Shown here piece by piece: positions 11,901-24,000 of a stretch of DNA of 41,264 nucleotides. The notes beneath the pieces are model-generated. The model had not been told where the DNA came from and did no database searches. It saw only the letters and a program-made list of their open reading frames with translations. The number at the start of each line of letters is the position of its first letter. Position 1 is the first letter of the stretch. This DNA comes from Sphaeroforma arctica JP610 (taxonomy: Eukaryota): assembly GCF_001186125.1 (NCBI RefSeq), contig NW_014039749.1, forward strand, positions 1 to 41,264, written 5' to 3'. Both the position numbers and the translations under genes were made by a program.

Positions 11901-14900
11901 TCCGACCAAACGTATTGGTTTTCTTGGAAAACTCTATGTATTGCTGGAGTTGGTCTACCTTCTCTCCCACTACCACCATGTACGCACAAGTTGCCAAACA
12001 ATTCCATAGTCGCACATCAGCTTTACTGTTATAAGGTATCCGCAGAAGCTACCATCATTCACGTGTAAGTATTCACGGCACGACACACATATCATGACTC
12101 ATTTTGCACACACATCGCGTTCGTCGCTACACACAGGCGGAGGTCCACCGCCCCCACCCCCACCACCAGGTACGTGGGAATGAATTCATATACAATATGC
12201 GCCTCCTTGCTTCGGCGCCTTCAAGGCATTGCTCAAGCCTGTTCTCAGTAGTGCACATGCCTGCGTAGTCTGACGGAACTGCGCTTCCTTTTAGTGACAA
12301 CCACCTGTATGTTTTTTATTCCTACCCAGGAGGAGGCCCACCACCGCCACCACCGCCTCCAGGTAAATATTGTTTAGTCAACGAACTAGTCCCATCCGCA
12401 GGGTTCACCACGGTGTTGTATCCGTACAGCTGTTCATCTATGTGTCTAGCTAGAAACAGTGTCGTACCTGATTATCGCTTTGTCATGCGAGTTTCATACA
12501 ATGTTTCAATCGCTAGCGTGACTATCAACACGGTAAACATTCAGAACAATATGTGTATGCCTTCAGTAGACAATTATGCGTATTCCTCGAAAGGTACATA
12601 CCAATGCATGATTCTTATAGTTCACTGTCATGTTTCTGTTCCATACAGGAGGCGGCCCACCGCCACCACCACCACCGCCAGGAGGAGGACCTCCGCCTCC
12701 ACCCCCACCCCCAGGTATGAATGTGTCAGTCATATTCATCATATGCACAACAATTCCTGCACATATACCGGTTTTATATTTAAAAATATATAGGTATGAG
12801 TGATGTATGGCTACTCTCCCGGGTGCATCATACGCACGAAGGGCTCGACATGTTGCCACATGATATTGTCTTTAATATATTTCTATATGGCCAGCTACAT
12901 GAATATGAACTTTTGCATATTCCGAATAAGATCGTTACGGGTTTTGCACGCATGCTTTCGACAACGCATACGCCGCTGCCTTCACGGAACATATACAAGC
13001 GCATGAACCAAATAATCTCTATTGTGATACACTTCCCTGTTCCACTGGTAGGACAATTGTGCAACCTAGCCAGGTTGAGCTGCAAGATAAGTGCCTTACT
13101 TTTGCCAACGGCGTACTACTCTCTATTTACGTGGACTCATGCATCGATGTATATATCTTTTTTGGTTCCGAGACTCAAAAGTTAGTGTGAGGAGAGTTTG
13201 CCAAATTTCCAGGAAGCAAGAGATATCTCGAGAAACTTGTATTAATCATATCTTTGGTCTTGATTGATGCTCTTCAGGTGTCGGACCCCCACCGCCCCCC
13301 GGGGCGCCAGCCGCGCCGGCCGCGCCGGTTGTGCGTAAGTACTGTAATCGACCTGTTTGAATCATATGGGAGAGTTGTATGTGGGTGTAGAGTCTGCTCT
13401 CCAGTTCGTTGTCGGTCGTGCATGTGGTTGTTTTGATGGTTGTGGATGTGGTTGTGATTCCTACCCCAAAGTAGCTGGCGTGTATCTGCTGTCACAGCAC
13501 TGAAGGTGTGTCGTCACACCAACGGAAAGTGCTGTACTGTTTTTGACTTTCAAGTTGTGAATCAATTCATGGTGGATTTCGGTTTCTACAAATTGATATT
13601 GCAAATTTGTGTTATGATTAGATTCTATCTAGTCACGTTCACGGCTTTATAATCAGATAAAAAGAGGTACATGACTGCTTGCACGTATGGGGTATATCGC
13701 TTGCGCAGGCGTTGTCCTCGACTCGAGGACACGTGATGTAGAAGTGGCTTTTACCTAATTGCTAATTATTTGTCCTAATTATTTTTAGCCCTGAGACCAA
13801 AGATTGTACCAAAGAAGAAAATGAGAAGTCTGTTTTGGAAAAAGGTGGAGATGAACAAGCTTTCGCAAGACAAGTAAGTGATGTCTAGCGCAATGAGAGG
13901 CATCCAACCAGTCACGAAGTGAGCTCAAATTGCAATTGTGCACAAGTTGGCGGGTTATTCTTTGTTCTTAAGGTCAAGACCCGGTGCAGAATCATGACGG
14001 TTTGTCGTATACTCGCACCGTCGTACAAACGTATCCTTATCGTGTTCTGTCGCATTGTCGTATTGTTGTTTTGTTGGGTCGTCTTCCTTCTAGGCTGCCC
14101 TGCTTTCATACGGGTGTGAAGCCAGAGCCCCTTCTGCGCATCTCCTGCCATTACAGCCTACCTCTGGAGGCGTGTTCCTACTGGAACCATCTGAGATCAA
14201 ACCAGTCTCTCCTGCCCGGGTTGATAGAGTATATTTTCATCGTACTGCCGTGAAATTTGTTATAGCCGTGGTAGTTTTCACCATCTCAAATTCAAAATCG
14301 TATACATATCGACCGCAGAGACAATGTGTGGAAGCATGTGGAGGACATTCCTATCGGAAAGATTGAAGACGAGCTACTGAAGCTCTTTGCACAAGCAGCG
14401 CCGGTGAAGAAGGAACCGGTTAGTGCAATTGGGTGTTATGAAGTGTGGACTAAAATGTTGATAATAGTGATACAGTATTTGCATATAAGTAATCTTATAT
14501 GTTGAGAATAGCAAGACATATATATATTTCAGACACTTTTAGGTGTATATCGACATGTTTGGGCCAGCATCACCGTATATGTCATAAATCACCAACGAGA
14601 GATGCTATTGATACAAAATTATAGCAACATCGTACGTGTATATCGGATGCTGATGGGTGTCTTTGTCACCATAGTGAGACTAACAACACGGTATATGCAT
14701 ATCAGATACCTATTGTTGTATGGTTGATAGTAGCAGCGGGGTGCGTGCCTTCAAGGCACTGGTAAGTGTAGATCGTTATGTTGGTGCAAACAGCACGTTA
14801 CAGGCAGATCCGACATTATTAAGTGTAAATTCATATGTTGACGCTAGCAAATTGGCATGTGAATATCGGACGCTAGTTAGTTGTTATCTTGAGGACATTG

Positions 14901-17900
14901 CTTATACGACACGAACGAAACAGAGACTGTGGAGGTATATGAACAGGACACGATCAGCTATACCGTCTATGTATATCCGATACTGGGGAGTGTGTACATC
15001 AGCAACGTTTACTACACTGATGAGCGTGTGTATCGTAGTCATAGTACTCATATACGTGCCCCGGTCACATATTCTCGTGCAGAAAGCCGTGGAGGAAAAG
15101 CCAAAAGTGGCTCAAATATTAGATTCCAAGCGATCACAAGCCGTGGGCATTGTGATAAATAGTCTCCAGCGCAAAGGATTGGGTATCGATGAGGTGAAGA
15201 AAGCCATTCTCGAAGTAGATTCAGAAAAATTAGGGAACGATAATGTGCAACAAATAGCCTCCGTACTGGGAAAGCCGGAAGAATTGGCACAAATTAGGAG
15301 TCATGTGGGATCAAGCGATACACCTTTGGACCGGCCTGAACAGTACGCTTCGTGTAACTGTCGTTGTGTTAAAATATACATCTGAAGACGAAACAGGACA
15401 TTTTTTTGTGCTATTCTTTTGATTGTATGTGTTTGTACAATCATAAGTCTAGAAATGTGATTCGCAGAACGGGGTCAAATATACGTTTCGGAGTGCAAGT
15501 ATATAATTTACTGGGTGTGCATATCCACGATTTCTTGCTTGCGTCTTCACAGATACTGGTAGCAATAATTTGCATGTCATCATACCGGTAGTACGGCCAA
15601 ATATGCCCTTACTATAGGTACTTGAAAGGAATACGTTGGCAATAATCCATACTGCTGTACTCTTCTCTCGGTGTACTACATTGAGTGTGTCTGTACACAT
15701 GCAAGGCCGTGTGTGTGTGGTTGCAAGAAGTGCTGTGCGAGAGCGATGACACGTGCACCGTACTGTGCGCATGGGCACACTTGTTCTATGGGTTTACCCC
15801 TTGTTGTACGCAAATATTTATTTGTACACAAATATACTTCTGCATTGAGCTATGTAGACGTGTACAAATGGATTACAGGGTGCAGCGACAGTGTATTTGC
15901 TTGTTGTGGGTAATTTTACCTGTGACTGTGTTCACTCTCTGTCGTCTAGAAACAGTGCCATCACTATATGTGCCATGTGTCGTATGTGACGAGTAGAGCA
16001 TGTCTCATGCAATTAACTAGTTGTTTTATGACTGTTGTGTGCTGAAGATATGATTTTTCTTCTTCTATCAGGTTCCTACTGACTCTAGATGAAATACCGG
16101 CGCTAGAGGCATGGATGGAGTGCTGGAGATTCAAAAGTATATGGCAAGAGGAGCTCGATGAATGCGAGGGCAAGATCGACTCCGTCACCAAAGCAATACA
16201 CGTATGTCGATACGCATCTGTACCTAAAACAACGTATCCAAAGTACATGCCAACACAGGCGCCACACACGCTGGCTGTGAAACACGACAGAGATACTAAG
16301 CAATCGCTGAAACGGCATGGTGGGGGGGGGGGGGGGGGTTTTCATGTTGATATCAACACTGCGTGTTTGCATTCCTCCTTCTATTAAGTACATTACAAAG
16401 TATATTCAAATCCATACCCTCAGGCTATACGAGACAATGAGGCTATCAAAGAAGTGCTGGCTTGGGCCTTATGTATAGGCAACTACATGAATGGTGGCAC
16501 CAACAGAGGTCAGGCAGACGGATTTGCCATTGAGCTTATCCCAAAACTGGGAGATGTCAAAGTATGTCAATAGGGCCTGTTATCAGACTAGACGACCGAA
16601 ATGGTACTTCAAACTTTATTTTGTGAGCGTATGTGCGTTCCAACATGTGTTTTCATGCATTTATATCTCTGACACTAATAGTTGCTCTCGGTTATATTTA
16701 TTACTCCCATAGTACGCAGCCTTTATCTAGGGCATGTTAACTCGGCTCTCCATGGAGTGGTACCAATATCATGTACATGTTTATGACAGATAGTAATGTC
16801 TTCAATATGCACCTCCCTGAACTTCCCACACAAATTCGTATCGTCTGTACGGAACATTTGGTTACCAGTCAGCAGATCAGAAGACAACCCTGATCAGTTA
16901 CGTAATGTCAAAGTTATACTACAAGGGTATCGACATCAACGAGATCATCGATGCCATTGTCGCGAAGGGCCAGGCAGAGCCTCCGAAAATTCGTAAGTGA
17001 GAATACTGTACCATATTTGACCAAACAAGGACCTATTCCGGCTTTCTGTAGTGTCCAGAGTGTATCTTCTGGCCATACAGAGATACAAACTTGAACAGTA
17101 GTGAGACGCCGGTGCAAGGTTTGTTCACGGCTACTAGAGGGTACTTGTACGAATCGTGAAGAAGTGCTTCGATGTATATGGTCTATGTTGAAGTGTTCAA
17201 CGTTAAGGTAGCGCTGTCTTAAATTATAGTCCCAGAGATACGTGAACAGGGGCCTCTGCATGCCCACACTGACTCGGTTAAAGTATGTAGCACAGCAATA
17301 ATGGGAACACAAACATTCAGCGATCCTTGCACTGACCACGCTATAACAAGTTCGAGGTAGCACTGTTATGGCTAGAGGAAGACGCAGTGCCCGCTGTGGA
17401 AGTAAAGGCCATGTACTCTTGCAGATCTTAAACGAGCATTTGATTATCTGCTGCGTTGATATCACTATTGCAATCTACGGGTTATATGTGGAAGGATTCA
17501 CCCACACATGAGATGTATGACGAAATTGATCTGACGTTCACTTATTGATATGTCCTGTCGCTGAGCTGACTTTGACATTTTCCACTTCTCTCGCTCTACC
17601 ACCTGCTACTACAGCTTTCCCGTTACCGGCTGTGTCGATGTGTGAGAAAGGCGCCAGAATCAGTTTTGAAGACGTAACGAGCAATGTGGCCCAATTAGAC
17701 AAGCTTTTGAAAAGTATGATTTTCTTTTTTACTGAGCTCACAACTTTTCTCTGTTGGGAACCATCACTCTACCATAGGCGTCGATTCCGACCGTTGAATT
17801 GAAGACATGTTCGCCCTGGCAGGCTGTATAGTTTCTTGTGCTACCTCTGAACATGTTACACGCAATGGTCTTTAGTTAATTAGCATATCTTGAGGACGTA

Positions 17901-20156
17901 TCACCACTAAGCAGCTCGGCGGCTTAGATTTGAAAAGGCCGCTGAATAGCTAGTGCGGCAAGTGCGATACCATGCGTGCATCAAATCATGTATATGCAAC
18001 ATTGGTTCACCGTATGCACTGGTTGGTATCTTTTTGCTAACAGCGTTTTGCAACCCTCCCCTGACAACCCATAACAGATGCGAGCAACCGTGTGCCCCAG
18101 GTACAGAAAGCAATAGAGGCGGCCGAAGTTGTAGATGGGGCGCCCTTTGAGGAGAAATTGGCCAAATTTATGAATGAAGGTGGGTAGCACACCTGTCCCA
18201 CGTGTTTGTGTTTAGGCTATACGCAATACTTGCGTATAGCCTAGGCGCGCGTCTTGTTTGATAGAAACTACCGGTAGAAGATCTTTAATGATTTGTTTGT
18301 CTGTTAGTGTAGAATGGAGAGCTCAAACTCCGACTCCAGATGAACAAAGATATCGAAGTTGCAGGGAATCTAATCTAATTTATGAACCACTAGTTTGTAA
18401 GTGCAATCCAGCTTTATTTTACGGTAGCGAGCACTACGCTATATACTGTTGTTTTCAATGTTCAAATTTGGTTGAGTGAGTGTCGAATACAGAGACCAAA
18501 TCATATCGACAGTGTCCACTGTAGTACATCACGCACCATCGTTAAGCCGCATAGTTGTACGGCGCGTCGGTAATAGTTTATGGTTTGTGTGGAATAGAGT
18601 ACACCAGTGTTCTAGAGTACGCGGATGGTTTACTCTCGATATTTACCGTAGCTCAAAAAATGAAGACACCCAACTATTACCTGCACGCGATTGCGCTCAG
18701 TTCAAAAATACTCTCACAAATATTATCACGATGCAAACCAACGTAAATTGCCCTCCACAACGTGTTCCATTTAAACTTGAACACTATCTACTGTAGCGGA
18801 GGCCTCGTTTGATGAGGTGAAACAGGCGTTTGACAGCATCAAACAAGACATATACAAGCTGGCTATTTATTACGGTGTTCCAGATATGAAGGTATGTAGA
18901 TGGACTGGTGTGGGCGAGATTGAACTTTTGCACACGTGGATGTGCCGGAACAATGTATTTTTCTTTGCATACTGGTGCATTAGTTACCTCCCTTTATAGG
19001 CAGGACTGATGGTACTACAGTTCGAATTTATATTGACAGAGAAGCAAATACAGTTCGTTGCACGTACCCGTGGTCATACGGTTATTTGACATCCGTTTCT
19101 TCAAACTTTTCGTGAATTCATATGTCAAGTTGTTATACTTGTTATCGGCCAACTTTTCAGAACTATCACTATCCCACCCAATGATTAGGCGAAGAAGATG
19201 ACATCAGAAGAAATGATCGATCTGTGGTTGCCGTTCTTCACGAAGTGCAATGACGCCTGGGAAGCAGAGGAGAAGAATATATTGGGCACTGTGTAAGTGT
19301 CTTGAACTCAGCTAGTACATTATAAGAGCATCTCGGGCTGGTGTTTCTCTAATTCCGCACCAAATTCGTACACTGGTTTATTTACGCAAAGTAGTGGGCT
19401 CAAGTGCTAGAATGGTTTCTCTCAACTTAATCTCATTTACAGCAAAGCGAAGATTCTAGAAGAGAAAAGGCTGAAGAAAGAGGCGGTCGCTACGAAGAAA
19501 GCTGTGAAACCGTCGAAGACGGAGGGCAAGGAAGGCAAATTATCATCAATGGTGCGTGAACGCGCATACCGCACATATATTGTCTATATGCGGAAGATTT
19601 CCACCTTGTATATTTGGCCTCTGCTACGAATATACGAGTTCACGTGTTATACAGCTGGCTGATATTTACAGATGCTGATGATCTTCGTATGCGCTCACGG
19701 TACTACTTGAAGGTGGTGTGTACTTTAAGAAACTTCGTACATTGTGTATTCATGGGATCTTTACAGTATGTTTTGTTACCTGCCACTTTCGCAATACAGG
19801 GTAAGAAATTTGGCAGAATCGGGCGCAAAAAGAAAGGGAATGCTGAAGCTGGTTATGACCCAGAAAAGTTTGCTAAAAAGAATGGCCGGAAGCAGTCTCC
19901 TGATAGTTCGGTTCCAAATTCAATTGAAGATGTTTCTGGTAGTGTGAGCAGTGGTACTAAAGGAGTTGAGAAAAATATGAACAAGGACAAAGCAGATACC
20001 AAGACGAACGATGCCAAACAGAACGCTGGAAAGGAGACTGATAAAGGCAACAAAGATGGCAAAAATAGGAGACGCGGGAGCAGTTTCATACCCGATTCCG
20101 ATGCACTTACTACCCAGCCCGGACTGGTGCGTGGTATGTCGATGAACGATATTTAA
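1083..20156 (+). CDS. FMN: Formin, Fmn/Cappuccino subfamily (acidic disordered N-terminus, coiled coil, FH1, FH2, basic tail), 35 exons, ~1,898 aa
   Basis: Phase-consistent GT-AG exon chain: 1083-2973, 3734-3869, 4160-4222, 4511-4667, 4811-5109, 5415-5633, 5926-6038, 6306-6373, 6602-6737, 7472-7609, 8025-8075, twelve FH1 exons 9064-13334, 13789-13873, 14319-14418, 15083-15342, 16072-16201, 16424-16561, 16869-16992, 17615-17713, 18078-18179, 18797-18891, 19189-19292, 19443-19551, 19800-20156 (TAA). FH2 hallmarks: MRSLFWKKV, ILDSKRSQAVGI, LDRPEQFL, GNYMNGGTNRGQADGF, LIPKLGDVK, FPLP. There is one apparent 1-nt deficit, in exon 9851-10044. The symbol is subfamily-level. A short upstream exon ending at 574 (CAG|GTGAGG) is possible. 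Confidence 0.9.
2100..2590 (+). repeat. Coding tandem repeat: 114-bp (38-aa) unit built from two 57-bp half-units
   Basis: CAAGATATCGAGACGACCGTTCAACAAAGT-like starts at 2157, 2271, 2385 and 2499 (spacing 114), plus a half-unit at 2100. Peptide QDIETTVQQSDDVKEAENI/SDLETENQPGxDTKxDxTM. Confidence 0.9.
6707..7125 (+). repeat. Degenerate tandem copies of the formin exon 9 3' end and donor site
   Basis: GTGCAGTCCATCAATGTCACACTCAACCATG|GTAGG at 6707 recurs in variant form at ~6825, ~6927, ~7010 and ~7092. Confidence 0.8.
9064..13334 (+). CDS. FH1 (poly-proline) domain encoded by 12 small phase-1 exons
   Basis: Exons 9064-9108, 9515-9586, 9851-10044, 10453-10497, 10868-10906, 11192-11239, 11536-11583, 11776-11817, 12137-12169, 12330-12362, 12649-12714, 13278-13334. 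Each has AG/GT ends and encodes (G/A)xxP(5-13) tracts. Eleven of the 12 lengths are multiples of 3. Confidence 0.9.
10200..10235 (+). pseudogene. Decayed FH1-type pseudo-exon (GGAPLPPPPLSS)
   Basis: GC GGA GCT CCA CTA CCA CCG CCT CCG CTT TCA TCA G resembles the neighbouring FH1 exons. It has no AG acceptor and no in-phase GT donor. Confidence 0.5.
11947..11979 (+). pseudogene. Decayed 33-nt FH1-type pseudo-exon (GVGLPSLPLPP)
   Basis: Same length and layout as the 33-nt exons 12137-12169 and 12330-12362. The donor GTACGC is retained, the acceptor reads TGCTG instead of TGCAG, and several Pro codons have become Leu/Ser. Confidence 0.65.
13789..19551 (+). CDS. FH2 domain exons of the formin
   Basis: The spliced translation contains the lasso Trp residues (LFWKK, NVWKH), the knob KRSQAVGI and the post GNYMNGG..GQADGF..KLGDVK motifs. 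Confidence 0.95.
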
Positions 20157-20602
20157 ACACTTACCTTCAGATATCAATAAATCATAGTAAACTGAAATTA
20201 CATATGTAAAACACATGATATTTATGATTTTTGGAAAGTGTAGTCAGCGGCTGTACAAAAGGTCGCGTATTGCTAGAGATTTTTAAGTATCCTAGAAGGC
20301 TTCATACGATTGACTTGAGAGAGAAACATTCAGGCTACAAGTAGATGCAGTGGTTGTCAGCACGGTGTCCATGTCACGTATGTCAAATTACAACAGCTTG
20401 CAATTGCTGTGTCGGGTCTTTACTGAGATTGAGTCGCTTGACTTGACAGATGTAGGCCCTTTTACACCACATAGATATGTGTACCGACGGGCTTGCAACA
20501 GAGACTTCAATCCTGAACCGTGCGCCGTGTTTGATATATTTATGTGCGGATACATATATCTTATTTTTTTCACATAAAGAAAAACCCCCCATAAAAGTTC
20601 TA

Positions 20603-20868
20603 TTTTCAGGGGGTATGTCATAGCCTTCTGAAAATTAGACAGCTAAATACACGTACGGGACTTGTCCGTTCTCCCTTCAATTTTTACACCTTCTAGAGGG
20701 TCATCATGACAGCTATGTATGAAAAATTACATAGCGTCCTAAAAAAAGAGAGAGAAAAATAAGAGCCCTCGCTCTCTAAATAGTAGCAGAGAGTCCTACA
20801 TAGACCCAAAACATAGCCCCCTGAAAAAAAGAGAATCATAGCTCCTGTTTCTTTTTCAGGGGGCTATG
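20603..20868. repeat. Cluster of inverted CATAGCCCCCTGAAAA motifs, including a perfect 17-bp stem
   Basis: 20812-20828 CATAGCCCCCTGAAAAA is the exact reverse complement of 20852-20868. An imperfect inverted pair of the same motif lies at ~20603-20634. Confidence 0.75.
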
Positions 20869-21086
20869 CTAAATTGCCTTGCATAAACCCTAAAAACCTG
20901 TCAAATGACTAAACCCTGAAAACCCTGATGCGATGCTACAATTCCAAACGACACAAGCGACCTCTTCATGAAGTCGAGCCACGTACAACGACGTATTTAT
21001 TTTAAAAGTGTCAATTTGCGCGACGGGACAGCTCACAATTAATCGTCCGTTGTGTATGTGTGTACGATACCGGGTATCTGTTCACG

Positions 21087-24000
21087 ATGCTAGTTAGGAG
21101 CTATGGACGCATTCGCATGAACTATGTGCCATCATATATAAGATGCGGTATGGGAAGCCCAGGCGGACGAATGATCTCGTCGACAGGTCAAAGCTCGACG
21201 GAGACGCACACAGAATTTGAACAGCCGCGCTCGATCACCCAGCGACGAGACGAAAGCACACAGTACACCTATACTCCTGGAGAAGGCCAGGTATGTTCTG
21301 CCTGAAGTTGACTTCAATGAAAATCATAATTTTATCAGTCATAGGGTAGCTGTCAAGCTCATGGTATATCACGCATGAAGTCGGGCCTATCATTCAATGA
21401 TTGACCAGAATACTATGCATTCAGTGTAACTGTTTTTGAGCAGTGTGCTTGTATATATCTATGTTTTTGTTTATATGTATATTTCGTATATAAGAGATAC
21501 CAGTCTTTAGCGCTACGTGCGCACTACAGAATTTTACGCGTGACAAGTTTAATTCTCGGAACTGAAATCTCTGTCAACACTTCTATGTTCACAATGAAAT
21601 AAGTATTCGAAGTACGATTGTAAGATTACGTATTCACAGTCATGTAAAAGCCACAAGGTCTGAATGAAACTTAAGTTGTTTTCGAATGCCTGACTAATTC
21701 TGTTTAATCTCCAAGTATTCGGGCAATGTGAGTGTACAGGTTATAGGTTCTAGCGTCTGACTAATATTCTTCTATGTTCTGTCTATCAGAGCAAGGTGAA
21801 TGTAAAGCATCTCGGCTCCGCTGGAATTCAAGGCGGGGTGACTGCAATTAGGCAATTTCTTCAGACCACTTTTCTGCCAGCGGGATACCCGGAGAGTCTT
21901 GGTCCAGGGTATCTCACGTTCGTTAAATATCAGGTACGTTGCTTCATGCCTAGTATAGTTTTCTTGAGATACGATACTGGCGTTAAATATCAGATACGTT
22001 GCTTAATATTCTTCTCTGCTTGAAGGCGAAGTCTTAAATTCTGGATACCAGGTGGTAGACCTTCGGCTTATGTACTTTGACATTTGCACGATGATACTTT
22101 GTACTATTTAAAGCCATCCAGTTGTTCGGCATTTGATACTGATACTGGTGCGCGTCTATTACAAATATAGTTTCCATTAACACGTTGATTGAAAATATTT
22201 GGCAACCATGTTATTGCCTACTTATGTGTTTGTGCGCTATGCAGCCTTGATTGTGAACGGCATGCTTGCATCTCGGGTTCCTTTTCGCTTCGTAGCACTC
22301 GTATTGCCCGGGTTCCATGCTGATATTCTACAGTACATCCGCGTATGATATCACTCGAGTTGCATTGGCGTGTATACGTCTGAATTCCACTTATCACCCG
22401 CACATCGACGTAACTTCCAGGTTATTATTCCCTCATCAGTCTTTGCATCACGTAGCCTCGAGTGTAAACGGCGTGCTTGCGTCTACGTTTCTTTTGTACG
22501 GCGTAGGCCTAGGCGAGAGCGCAGCCCCTGTTGCCGGTGCTGTCAATTGGGTCCTAAAAGATGGGTTGGGCCAGATAGGAACTCTGATGTTTGGCAAATT
22601 GATTGGTATGAACTATGCGTCTTGTTCATAGCGCATACTCTCCCACTCTCCACTGCTATACTATTGGAAATTAACCGTAAATCGTGATAATGACATGCAT
22701 TCAGTGGATTTGCCGGCCACTCATGCTCCCTACCCACATCATAACCATTGGCAATTGATCGTCTTTTAACAACTCGTGTATTACTGTATGGATTTTTTTT
22801 GGCAGCTCACAGATTTGATCTGAACGCGAAGACTTGGTATCTGTCTGCATCAGTGATGCTGAACGTAGGTATGTTTGGCCCGTTTCGATGTAAAATACCT
22901 ACCGCTTCTATTTTTCAAGCATCAAAGATATCGGTTAGGAAACATTTGGTCATTCAAAAAGCGTGTAGTCGCTCATACAGATCGATTTTCTCTCTTGCAA
23001 TGGATCAAATATTGAGTGGCTGTACTTTTACTAAACTCCGCTGTTTCGTACTCTATACTTATTTAGGCGTGTATCTCGAGTTGTCAACATTCATGGCTCC
23101 CCACCACTTTCTGGTATTGGCTTCGCTCGCTAATGGAATAAAGGTACGAGGAGCTGCCATATCTTGATCACTGGGTTAAGTATCGTGAGCACGGTTTCTC
23201 CTTATGGTGCAAGCACAATATATGCTACGTTCGCAATCCACAGCGCGACAGTCGTTTTGCGACGTGATCGGGGTACTGCACGTTAGACACTTGAATATCC
23301 ACTTTCGATAGGAATGGAGTGATGTTGAGATGAATCTTGAGTGGAGGGTACCATGGTACCTATAGTACGTATCTATATTCATAGGGTTTAAACAGGAATG
23401 GGTGGAATGCTTCATGTACTATAGCAATATTGATAACGGATATTTGCGCATTTCCCGAATTGAACCACGCCTGTTTAATTTATACCCGATTTACATCCCA
23501 ACTAGCCTAGTAGTGATTACGCCGTATATTTTTGAATCGGCCTGTCACAATTTGTATCGATTTGCTAGGGGCTTGCTTGGATGGCGGGTGGTTCGACGCG
23601 CTCCGCCTTCAATGTAAGCTTTGCCAGGGCCAACAACATTGCAGACATCACTGCGAAGGCTACTGCTCAAACGATCACCGCGTCTCTCTTCGGTAATATT
23701 CTACAAAGCTATCTATAGTGTTCTGGTTTGTGCAGCGGTACACCGTACTTTTCTCCGTGTAGATTCAAGGGCCATGGTTACCCGACGTAGGACCACACAG
23801 TACGGCTATCTCCTTGTGCTCAAACAATTGATACTGCTTAACATCGCATCTGAAGTCTCACTATCTTTTATCAACTCAGGAAACCTTATCGGCGTGTACC
23901 TCTGTAGTCAAATCGGTCAATCGCTCCAGTATGCTGTGGCGGCATGTGCGATCACATCTTGCGTGCATCTGGGTGCGGGTATGTCTTTACATCCGAAGCT

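Noticed and set aside
14720..15082. N-terminal part of the 221-aa ORF with a hydrophobic stretch
   Set aside because: This is intron read-through. FH2 similarity and phase continuity begin only at the acceptor at 15082/15083.
16322..16338. 17-nt G homopolymer
   Set aside because: It is an isolated intronic run with no supporting context, and its length is unreliable.
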